Below are positions 52,401 to 64,000 of a stretch of DNA of 64,000 bases, one piece after another. Made by a program: the position numbers and the translations under genes. The notes beneath the pieces are model-generated. The model searched no databases. It was not told the DNA's origin and was given only the letters and a program-made list of their open reading frames with translations. Where the stretch lies: the NCBI RefSeq assembly GCF_964204645.1, contig NW_027437468.1:1-64000 (forward strand), written 5' to 3'. How positions within the stretch are numbered: position 1 is the first letter of the stretch; every line of letters starts with the position of its first letter. The DNA comes from Tubulanus polymorphus. Lineage: Eukaryota > Animalia > Nemertea.

Positions 52401-55400
52401 ATCTGTATCTTTCAACCCATCTACTCGAAATAAGTTCAGTTTACCTTATCCTATCATTTCATATCGAGTCTATCATCCTCAGAACAGAAAGCAGCCAGAA
52501 AATTCTGATTCTTTCAACCTATCTATTTGAAATCAGTTCAATACGCCTTTACTCATCTTTTCAGATTGAATCCATCATCTTCAGAACCAAAAGCAGCCAG
52601 AAAATTCTGTTTCTTTCCACCTATCTATTTGAAATCAGTTCAATACGCCTTAACCCATCTTTTCACATTGATCCATTATCTTTAGAAACAAAAGCAGCCA
52701 GAAAATTCGGTTTCTTTCCACCTATCTATTTGAAATCAGTTCAATACGCCTTAACCCATCTTTTCAGATTGAATCCATCATCTTCAGAACCAAAAGCAGC
52801 CAGAAAATTCTGTTTCTTTCCACCTATCTATTTGAAATCAGTTCAACACGCCTTTACTCATCTTTTCAGATTGAATCCATCATCTTTAGAACCAAAAGCA
52901 GCCAGAAAATTCTGTTTCTTTCCACCTATCTTTTTGAAATCAGTTCAATACGCCCTAACTCATCTTTTCAGATTGAATCCATCATCTTCAGAACCAAAAG
53001 CAGCCAGAAAATTCGGTTTCTTTCCACCTATCTATTTGAAATCAGTTCAATACACCCAAACCCATCAATTAAGTTATAATTCATCATCTTTAGAACCATA
53101 TTTCGCTAGAAAAATCTGTATCTTTCAACCCATCTACTCGAAATAAGTTCAGTTTACCTTAACCTATCATTTCGGATCGAGTCTATCATCTTCAGAACCA
53201 AATGCAGCCAGAAAATTCTTATTCTTTCCACCTATCTATTTGAAATCAGTTCAATACACCCAAACCCATCAATTAAGTTATAATTCATCATCTTTAGAAC
53301 CATATTTAGCTAGAAAAATCTGTATCTTTCAACCCATCTACTCGAAATAAGTTCAGTTTACCTTAACCTATCATTTCGGATCGAGTCTATCATCTTCAGA
53401 ACCAAATGCAGCCAGAAAATTCTGATTCTTTCCACCTATCTATTTGAAATCAGTTCAATACGTCTTTACTCATCTTTTCAGATTGAATCCATCATCTTCA
53501 GAACCAAAAGCAGCCAGAAAATTCTGTTTCTTTCCACCTATCTATTTGAAATCAGTTCAATACGCCTTTACTCATCTTTTCAGATTGAATCCATCATCTT
53601 TAGAACCAAAAGCAGCCAGAAAATTCTGTTTCTTTCCACCTATCTATTTGAAATCAGTTCAATACGCCTTTACTCATCTTTTCAGATTGAATCCATCATC
53701 TTCAGAACCAAAAGCAGCCAGAAAATTCTTATTCTTTCCACCTATCTATTTGATATCAGTTCAATACACCCAAACCCATCAATTAAGATAGGATTCATCA
53801 TCTTTAGAACCATATTTAGCTAGAAAAATCTGTATCTTTCAACCCATCTACTCGAAATAAGTTCAGTTTACCTTAACCTATCATTTCGGAACGAGTCTAT
53901 CATCTTCAGAACCAAATGCAGCCAGAAAATTCTGATTCTTTCCACCTATCTATTTTAAATCAGTTCAATACGCCTTTACTCATCTTTTCAGATTGAATCC
54001 ATCATCTTTAGAACCAAAAGCAGCCAGAAAATTCTGTTTCTTTCCACCTATCTATTTGAAATCAGTTCAATACGCCTTTACTCATCTTTTCAGATTGAAT
54101 CCATCATCTTTAGAACCAAAAGCAGCCAGAAAATTCTGTTTCTTTCCACCTATCTATTTGAAATCAGTTCAATACGCCTTTACTCATCTTTTCAGATTGA
54201 ATCCATCATCTTTAGAACCAAAAGCAGCCAGAAAATTCTGTTTCTTTCCACCTATCTATTTGAAATCAGTTCAATACGCCTTTACTCATCTTTTCAGATT
54301 GAATCCATCATCTTCAGAACCAAAAGCAGCCAGAAAATTCTGTTTCTTTCCACCTATCTATTTGAAATCAGTTCAATACGCCTTTACTCATCTTTTCAGA
54401 TTGATCCATCATCTTCAGAACCAAAAGCAGCCAGAAAATTCTGTTTCTTTCCACCTATCTTTTTGAAATCAGTTCAATACGCCCTAACTCATCTTTTCAG
54501 ATTGAATCCATCATCTTCAGAACCAAAAGCAGCCAGAAAATTCGGTTTCTTTCCACCTATCTATTTGAAATCAGTTCAATACGCCTTTACTCATCTTTTC
54601 AGATTGAATCCATCATCTTTAGAACCAAAAGCAGCCAGAAAATTCTGTTTCTTTCCACCTATCTATTTGAAATCAGTTCAATACGCCTTTACTCATCTTT
54701 TCAGATTGAATCCATCATCTTCAGAACCAAAAGCAGCCAGAAAATTCTGTTTCTTTCCACCTATCTATTTGAAATCAGTTCAATACGCCTTAACCCATCT
54801 TTTCAGATTGAATCCATCATCTTCAGAACCAAAAGCAGCCAGAAAATTCTGTTTCTTTCCACCTATCTATTTGAAATCAGTTCAATACACCCAAACCCAT
54901 CAATTAAGTTATAATTCATCATCTTTAGAACCATATTTAGCTAGAAAAATCTGTATCTTTCAACCCATCTACTCGAAATAAGTTCAGTTTACCTTAACCT
55001 ATCATTTCGGATCGAGTCTATCATCTTCAGAACCAAATGCAGCCAGAAAATTCTGATTCTTTCCACCAATCTATTTGAAATCAGTTCAATAAGCCTTAAC
55101 CCATCTTTTCAGATTGAATCCATCATCTTTAGAACCAAAAGCAGCCAGAAAATTCGGTTTCTTTCCACCTATCTATTTGAAATCAGTTCAATACGCCCTA
55201 ACTCATCTTTTCAGATTGAATCCATCATCTTCAGAACCAAAAGCAGCCAGAAAATTCGGTTTCTTTCCACCTATCTATTTGAAATCAGTTCAATACGCCT
55301 TAACCCATCTTTTCAGATTGAATCCATCATCTTCAGAACCAAAAGCAGCCAGAAAATTCGGTTTCTTTCCACCTATCTATTTGAAATCAGTTCAATACGC

Positions 55401-58400
55401 CTTAACCCATCTTTTCAGATTGAATCCATCATCTTCAGAACCATATTTAGCTAGAAAAATCTGTATCTTTCAACCCATCTACTCGAAATAAGTTCAGTTT
55501 ACCTTAACCTATCATTTCGGATCGAGTCTATCATCTTCAGAACCAAATGCAGCCAGAAAATTCTTATTCTTTCCACCTATCTATTTGAAATCAGTTCAAT
55601 ACACCCAAACCCATCAATTAAGTTATAATTCATCATCTTTAGAACCATACTTAGCTAGAAAAATCTGTATCTTTCAACCCATCTACTCGAAATAAGTTCA
55701 GTTTACCTTAACCTATCATTTCGGATCGAGTCTATCATCTTCAGAACCAAATGCAGCCAGAAAATTCTGATTCTTTCCACCTATCTATTTGAAATCAGTT
55801 CAATACGCCTTTACTCATCTTTTCAGATTGAATCCATCATCTTCAGAACCAAAAGCAGCCAGAAAATTCTTATTCTTTCCACCTATCTATTTGATATCAG
55901 TTCAATACACCCAAACCCATCAATTAAGATAGAATTCATCATCTTCAGAACCAAAAGCAGCCAGAAAATTCGGTTTCTTTCCACCTATCTATTTGAAATC
56001 AGTTCAATACGCCTTTACTCATCTTTTCAGATTGAATCCATCATCTTTAGAACCAAAAGCAGCCAGAAAATTCTGTTTCTTTCCACCTATCTATTTGAAG
56101 TCAGTTCAATACGCCTTTAATCATCTTTTCAGATTGAATCCATCATCTTCAGAACCAAAAGCAGCCAGAAAATTCTTATTCTTTCCACCTATCTATTTGA
56201 AATCAGTTCAATACACCCAAACCCATCAATTAAGATAGAATTCATCATCTTCAGAACCATATTTAGCTAGAAAAATCTGTATCTTTCAACCCATCTACTC
56301 GAAATAAGTTCAATTTACCTTAACCTATCATTTCGGATCGAGTCTATCATCTTCAGAACCAAATGCAGCCAGAAAATTCTGATTCTTTCCACCTATCTAT
56401 TTTAAATCAGTTCAATACGCCTTTACTCATCTTTTCAGATTGAATCCATCATCTTTAGAACCAAAAGCAGCCAGAAAATTCTGTTTCTTTCCACCTATCT
56501 ATTTGAAATCAGTTCAATACGCCTTTACTCATCTTTTCAGATTGAATCCATCATCTTTAGAACCAAAAGCAGCCAGAAAATTCTGTTTCTTTCCACCTAT
56601 CTATTTGAAATCAGTTCAATACGCCTTTACTCATCTTTTCAGATTGAATCCATCATCTTTAGAACCAAAAGCAGCCAGAAAATTCTGTTTCTTTCCACCT
56701 ATTTATTTGAAATCAGTTCAATACACCCCAACCCATCAATTAAGATAGAATTCATTATCTTCAGAACCATATTTAGCTAGAAAAATCTGTATCTTTCAAC
56801 CCATCTACTCGAAATAAGTTCAGTTTACCTTAACCTATCATTTCGGATCGAGTCTATCATCTTCAGAACCAAATGCAGCCAGAAAATTCTGATTCTTTCC
56901 ACCTATCTATTTAAAATCAGTTCAATATGCCTTAACCCATCTTTTCAGATTGAATCCATCAACTTCAGAAGCATAAGTAGTCAGAAAATTCTTAATCTTT
57001 CAACCAATCTATTAAAAATCAGTTCTGTACATACTAACCCATCAATTAAGATAGAATTCATCATCTTTAAAACCATATTTAGCTAGAAAAATCTGTATCT
57101 TTCAACCCATCTACTCGAAATAAGTTCAGTTTACCTTAACCTATCATTTCGGATCGAGTCTATCATCTTCAGAACCAAATGCAGCCAGAAAATTCTCATT
57201 CTTTCCACCTATCTATTTAAAATCAGTTCAATACGCCTTAACCCATCTTTTCAGATTGAATCCATCAACTTCAGAAGCATAAGTAGTCAGAAAATTCTTA
57301 ATCTTTCAACCAATCTATTAAAAATCAGTTCTGTACATCCTAACCCATCAATTAAGATAGAATTCATCATCTTTAGAACCATATTTAGCTAGAAAAATCT
57401 GTATCTTTCAACCCATCTACTCGAAATAAGTTCAGTTTACCTTATCCTATCATTTCATATCGAGTCTATCATCCTCAGAACAGAAAGCAGCCAGAAAATT
57501 CTGATTCTTTCAACCTATCTATTTGAAATCAGTTCAATACGCCTTTACTCATCTTTTCAGATTGAATCCATCATCTTCAGAACCAAAAGCAGCCAGAAAA
57601 TTCTGTTTCTTTCCACCTATCTATTTGAAATCAGTTCAATACGCCTTAACCCATCTTTTCACATTGATCCATTATCTTTAGAAACAAAAGCAGCCAGAAA
57701 ATTCGGTTTCTTTCCACCTATCTATTTGAAATCAGTTCAATACGCCTTAACCCATCTTTTCAGATTGAATCCATCATCTTCAGAACCAAAAGCAGCCAGA
57801 AAATTCTGTTTCTTTCCACCTATCTATTTGAAATCAGTTCAACACGCCTTTACTCATCTTTTCAGATTGAATCCATCATCTTTAGAACCAAAAGCAGCCA
57901 GAAAATTCTGTTTCTTTCCACCTATCTTTTTGAAATCAGTTCAATACGCCCTAACTCATCTTTTCAGATTGAATCCATCATCTTCAGAACCAAAAGCAGC
58001 CAGAAAATTCGGTTTCTTTCCACCTATCTATTTGAAATCAGTTCAATACACCCAAACCCATCAATTAAGTTATAATTCATCATCTTTAGAACCATATTTC
58101 GCTAGAAAAATCTGTATCTTTCAACCCATCTACTCGAAATAAGTTCAGTTTACCTTAACCTATCATTTCGGATCGAGTCTATCATCTTCAGAACCAAATG
58201 CAGCCAGAAAATTCTTATTCTTTCCACCTATCTATTTGAAATCAGTTCAATACACCCAAACCCATCAATTAAGTTATAATTCATCATCTTTAGAACCATA
58301 TTTAGCTAGAAAAATCTGTATCTTTCAACCCATCTACTCGAAATAAGTTCAGTTTACCTTAACCTATCATTTCGGATCGAGTCTATCATCTTCAGAACCA

Positions 58401-59770
58401 AATGCAGCCAGAAAATTCTGATTCTTTCCACCTATCTATTTGAAATCAGTTCAATACGTCTTTACTCATCTTTTCAGATTGAATCCATCATCTTCAGAAC
58501 CAAAAGCAGCCAGAAAATTCTGTTTCTTTCCACCTATCTATTTGAAATCAGTTCAATACGCCTTTACTCATCTTTTCAGATTGAATCCATCATCTTTAGA
58601 ACCAAAAGCAGCCAGAAAATTCTGTTTCTTTCCACCTATCTATTTGAAATCAGTTCAATACGCCTTTACTCATCTTTTCAGATTGAATCCATCATCTTCA
58701 GAACCAAAAGCAGCCAGAAAATTCTTATTCTTTCCACCTATCTATTTGATATCAGTTCAATACACCCAAACCCATCAATTAAGATAGGATTCATCATCTT
58801 TAGAACCATATTTAGCTAGAAAAATCTGTATCTTTCAACCCATCTACTCGAAATAAGTTCAGTTTACCTTAACCTATCATTTCGGAACGAGTCTATCATC
58901 TTCAGAACCAAATGCAGCCAGAAAATTCTGATTCTTTCCACCTATCTATTTTAAATCAGTTCAATACGCCTTTACTCATCTTTTCAGATTGAATCCATCA
59001 TCTTTAGAACCAAAAGCAGCCAGAAAATTCTGTTTCTTTCCACCTATCTATTTGAAATCAGTTCAATACGCCTTTACTCATCTTTTCAGATTGAATCCAT
59101 CATCTTTAGAACCAAAAGCAGCCAGAAAATTCTGTTTCTTTCCACCTATCTATTTGAAATCAGTTCAATACGCCTTTACTCATCTTTTCAGATTGAATCC
59201 ATCATCTTTAGAACCAAAAGCAGCCAGAAAATTCTGTTTCTTTCCACCTATCTATTTGAAATCAGTTCAATACGCCTTTACTCATCTTTTCAGATTGAAT
59301 CCATCATCTTCAGAACCAAAAGCAGCCAGAAAATTCTGTTTCTTTCCACCTATCTATTTGAAATCAGTTCAATACGCCTTTACTCATCTTTTCAGATTGA
59401 TCCATCATCTTCAGAACCAAAAGCAGCCAGAAAATTCTGTTTCTTTCCACCTATCTTTTTGAAATCAGTTCAATACGCCCTAACTCATCTTTTCAGATTG
59501 AATCCATCATCTTCAGAACCAAAAGCAGCCAGAAAATTCGGTTTCTTTCCACCTATCTATTTGAAATCAGTTCAATACGCCTTAACCCATCTTTTCAGAT
59601 TGAATCCATCATCTTCAGAACCAAAAGCAGCCAGAAAATTCTGTTTCTTTCCACCTATCTATTTGAAATCAGTTCAATACACCCAAACCCATCAATTAAG
59701 TTATAATTCATCATCTTTAGAACCATATTTAGCTAGAAAAATCTGTATCTTTCAACCCATCTACTCGAAA
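49500..59770. repeat. Approx. 4996-bp (49-monomer) tandem duplication within the satellite, with a partial third copy beyond 59.8 kb
   Basis: Offsets of exactly 4996: 50118/55114, 50997/55993, 51444/56440, 52730/57726, 53444/58440, 53993/58989, 54463/59459. Boundaries are approximate. Confidence 0.88.
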
Positions 59771-62700
59771 TAAGTTCAGTTTACCTTAACCTATCATTTC
59801 GGATCGAGTCTATCATCTTCAGAACCAAATGCAGCCAGAAAATTCTGATTCTTTCCACCAATCTATTTGAAATCAGTTCAATAAGCCTTAACCCATCTTT
59901 TCAGATTGAATCCATCATCTTTAGAACCAAAAGCAGCCAGAAAATTCGGTTTCTTTCCACCTATCTATTTGAAATCAGTTCAATACGCCCTAACTCATCT
60001 TTTCAGATTGAATCCATCATCTTCAGAACCAAAAGCAGCCAGAAAATTCGGTTTCTTTCCACCTATCTATTTGAAATCAGTTCAATACGCCTTAACCCAT
60101 CTTTTCAGATTGAATCCATCATCTTCAGAACCAAAAGCAGCCAGAAAATTCGGTTTCTTTCCACCTATCTATTTGAAATCAGTTCAATACGCCTTAACCC
60201 ATCTTTTCAGATTGAATCCATCATCTTCAGAACCATATTTAGCTAGAAAAATCTGTATCTTTCAACCCATCTACTCGAAATAAGTTCAGTTTACCTTAAC
60301 CTATCATTTCGGATCGAGTCTATCATCTTCAGAACCAAATGCAGCCAGAAAATTCTTATTCTTTCCACCTATCTATTTGAAATCAGTTCAATACACCCAA
60401 ACCCATCAATTAAGTTATAATTCATCATCTTTAGAACCATATTTAGCTAGAAAAATCTGTATCTTTCAACCCATCTACTCGAAATAAGTTCAGTTTACCT
60501 TAACCTATCATTTCGGATCGAGTCTATCATCTTCAGAACCAAATGCAGCCAGAAAATTCTGATTCTTTCCACCAATCTATTTGAAATCAGTTCAATAAGC
60601 CTTAACCCATCTTTTCAGATTGAATCCATCATCTTTAGAACCAAAAGCAGCCAGAAAATTCGGTTTCTTTCCACCTATCTATTTGAAATCAGTTCAATAC
60701 GCCCTAACTCATCTTTTCAGATTGAATCCATCATCTTCAGAACCAAAAGCAGCCAGAAAATTCGGTTTCTTTCCACCTATCTATTTGAAATCAGTTCAAT
60801 ACGCCTTAACCCATCTTTTCAGATTGAATCCATCATCTTCAGAACCAAAAGCAGCCAGAAAATTCGGTTTCTTTCCACCTATCTATTTGAAATCAGTTCA
60901 ATACGCCTTAACCCATCTTTTCAGATTGAATCCATCATCTTCAGAACCATATTTAGCTAGAAAAATCTGTATCTTTCAACCCATCTACTCGAAATAAGTT
61001 CAGTTTACCTTAACCTATCATTTCGGATCGAGTCTATCATCTTCAGAACCAAATGCAGCCAGAAAATTCTGATTCTTTCCACCTATCTATTTGAAATCAG
61101 TTCAATACGCCTTTACTCATCTTTTCAGATTGAATCCATCATCTTCAGAACCAAAAGCAGCCAGAAAATTCTTATTCTTTCCACCTATCTATTTGATATC
61201 AGTTCAATACACCCAAACCCATCAATTAAGATAGAATTCATCATCTTCAGAACCAAAAGCAGCCAGAAAATTCGGTTTCTTTCCACCTATCTATTTGAAA
61301 TCAGTTCAATACGCCTTTACTCATCTTTTCAGATTGAATCCATCATCTTTAGAACCAAAAGCAGCCAGAAAATTCTGTTTCTTTCCACCTATCTATTTGA
61401 AGTCAGTTCAATACGCCTTTAATCATCTTTTCAGATTGAATCCATCATCTTCAGAACCAAAAGCAGCCAGAAAAGTCTTATTCTTTCCACCTATCTATTT
61501 GAAATCAGTTCAATACACCCAAACCCATCAATTAAGATAGAATTCATCATCTTCAGAACCATATTTAGCTAGAAAAATCTGTATCTTTCAACCCATCTAC
61601 TCGAAATAAGTTCAATTTACCTTAACCTATCATTTCGGATCGAGTCTATCATCTTCAGAACCAAATGCAGCCAGAAAATTCTGATTCTTTCCACCTATCT
61701 ATTTTAAATCAGTTCAATACGCCTTTACTCATCTTTTCAGATTGAATCCATCATCTTTAGAACCAAAAGCAGCCAGAAAATTCTGTTTCTTTCCACCTAT
61801 CTATTTGAAATCAGTTCAATACGCCTTTACTCATCTTTTCAGATTGAATCCATCATCTTTAGAACCAAAAGCAGCCAGAAAATTCTGTTTCTTTCCACCT
61901 ATCTATTTGAAATCAGTTCAATACGCCTTTACTCATCTTTTCAGATTGAATCCATCATCTTTAGAACCAAAAGCAGCCAGAAAATTCTGTTTCTTTCCAC
62001 CTATTTATTTGAAATCAGTTCAATACACCCCAACCCATCAATTAAGATAGAATTCATTATCTTCAGAACCATATTTAGCTAGAAAAATCTGTATCTTTCA
62101 ACCCATCTACTCGAAATAAGTTCAGTTTACCTTAACCTATCATTTCGGATCGAGTCTATCATCTTCAGAACCAAATGCAGCCAGAAAATTCTGATTCTTT
62201 CCACCTATCTATTTAAAATCAGTTCAATATGCCTTAACCCATCTTTTCAGATTGAATCCATCAACTTCAGAAGCATAAGTAGTCAGAAAATTCTTAATCT
62301 TTCAACCAATCTATTAAAAATCAGTTCTGTACATACTAACCCATCAATTAAGATAGAATTCATCATCTTTAAAACCATATTTAGCTAGAAAAATCTGTAT
62401 CTTTCAACCCATCTACTCGAAATAAGTTCAGTTTACCTTAACCTATCATTTCGGATCGAGTCTATCATCTTCAGAACCAAATGCAGCCAGAAAATTCTCA
62501 TTCTTTCCACCTATCTATTTAAAATCAGTTCAATACGCCTTAACCCATCTTTTCAGATTGAATCCATCAACTTCAGAAGCATAAGTAGTCAGAAAATTCT
62601 TAATCTTTCAACCAATCTATTAAAAATCAGTTCTGTACATCCTAACCCATCAATTAAGATAGAATTCATCATCTTTAGAACCATATTTAGCTAGAAAAAT

Positions 62701-64000
62701 CTGTATCTTTCAACCCATCTACTCGAAATAAGTTCAGTTTACCTTATCCTATCATTTCATATCGAGTCTATCATCCTCAGAACAGAAAGCAGCCAGAAAA
62801 TTCTGATTCTTTCAACCTATCTATTTGAAATCAGTTCAATACGCCTTTACTCATCTTTTCAGATTGAATCCATCATCTTCAGAACCAAAAGCAGCCAGAA
62901 AATTCTGTTTCTTTCCACCTATCTATTTGAAATCAGTTCAATACGCCTTTACTCATCTTTTCAGATTGAATCCATCATCTTCAGAACCAAAAGCAGCCAG
63001 AAAATTCTGTTTCTTTCCACCTATCTTTTTGAAATCAGTTCAATACGCCCTAACTCATCTTTTCAGATTGAATCCATCATCTTCAGAACCAAAAGCAGCC
63101 AGAAAATTCGGTTTCTTTCCACCTATCTATTTGAAATCAGTTCAATACGCCTTAACCCATCTTTTCAGATTGAATCCATCATCTTCAGAACCAAAAGCAG
63201 CCAGAAAATTCTGTTTCTTTCCACCTATCTATTTGAAATCAGTTCAATACACCCAATCCCATCAATTAAGTTATAATTCATCATCTTTAGAACCATATTT
63301 AGCTAGAAAAATCTGTATCTTTCAACCCATCTACTCGAAATAAGTTCAGTTTACCTTAACCTATCATTTCGGATCGAGTCTATCATCTTCAGAACCAAAT
63401 GCAGCCAGAAAATTCTGATTCTTTCCACCAATCTATTTGAAATCAGTTCAATAAGCCTTAACCCATCTTTTCAGATTGAATCCATCATCTTTAGAACCAA
63501 AAGCAGCCAGAAAATTCGGTTTCTTTCCACCTATCTATTTGAAATCAGTTCAATACGCCCTAACTCATCTTTTCAGATTGAATCCATCATCTTCAGAACC
63601 AAAAGCAGCCAGAAAATTCGGTTTCTTTCCACCTATCTATTTGAAATCAGTTCAATACGCCTTAACCCATCTTTTCAGATTGAATCCATCATCTTCAGAA
63701 CCAAAAGCAGCCAGAAAATTCGGTTTCTTTCCACCTATCTATTTGAAATCAGTTCAATACGCCTTAACCCATCTTTTCAGATTGAATCCATCATCTTCAG
63801 AACCATATTTAGCTAGAAAAATCTGTATCTTTCAACCCATCTACTCGAAATAAGTTCAGTTTACCTTAACCTATCATTTCGGATCGAGTCTATCATCTTC
63901 AGAACCAAATGCAGCCAGAAAATTCTTATTCTTTCCACCTATCTATTTGAAATCAGTTCAATACACCCAAACCCATCAATTAAGTTATAATTCATCATCT

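Larger units (their letters stand above)
5394..64000. repeat. Subtelomeric satellite array, 102-bp monomer, about 575 head-to-tail copies, continuing past the window end
   Basis: Consensus CCATCATCTTYAGAACCAAAAGCAGCCAGAAAATTCTGTTTCTTTCCACCTATCTATTTGAAATCAGTTCAATACGCCTTWACYCATCTTTTCAGATTGAAT. Divergent classes are B (CCATATTTAGCTAGAAAAATCTG...CGGATCGAGTC) and C (AACTTCAGAAGCATAAGTAGTC), plus a 101-bp variant (CACATTGATCC). All copies I inspected share one orientation and I saw no foreign insertion. Confidence 0.99.

Noticed and set aside
5298-63853. About 100 ORFs with a 34-aa period (superficially TPR-length repeat protein)
   Set aside because: They follow from a 102-bp monomer. Most start at TTG, B cassettes carry stops, 101-bp variants shift frame freely, no TPR consensus is present, and the apparent 34-bp substructure is incompatible with codon phase.
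5394-64000. Minus-strand coding under an alternative genetic code (TGA/TGG alternation in one frame)
   Set aside because: All three minus frames have stops. The best frame needs both TGA and TAG reassigned and has five such codons in B monomers.
5394-64000. CRISPR-like array
   Set aside because: There are no unique spacers and no cas genes, and the context is a eukaryotic telomere.

Overview
This window is the left end of a eukaryotic chromosome, most likely from an AT-rich invertebrate with TTAGGG telomeres; the taxon cannot be fixed from the sequence. From the tip inward: (CCCTAA)n telomere (1-528); five copies of a 13-bp unit containing TAACCCTA (521-588); a degenerate tRNA-like element with intact Pol III A/B boxes on the minus strand, pointing toward the telomere (722-799); a GC-richer segment with a diverged ~390-bp-spaced duplication; an orphan 79-bp piece of the main satellite (1519-1597), cut exactly by the 5' LTR of a BEL/Pao retrotransposon (LTR 1598-1840, tRNA-Tyr-type PBS, internally deleted gag/protease remnant); a decayed Polinton/adintovirus-type protein-primed DNA polymerase B gene fragment (2833-~5135); a ~250-bp spacer; and a 102-bp satellite array from 5394 to the end of the window (about 575 monomers). 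The satellite monomer appears to be a trimer of an ancestral 34-bp unit. It has several monomer classes and nested duplications from 0.3 to 5 kb. The many 34-aa-periodic ORFs in the track arise because 102 is divisible by 3 and are not genes. No intact protein-coding gene is supported.
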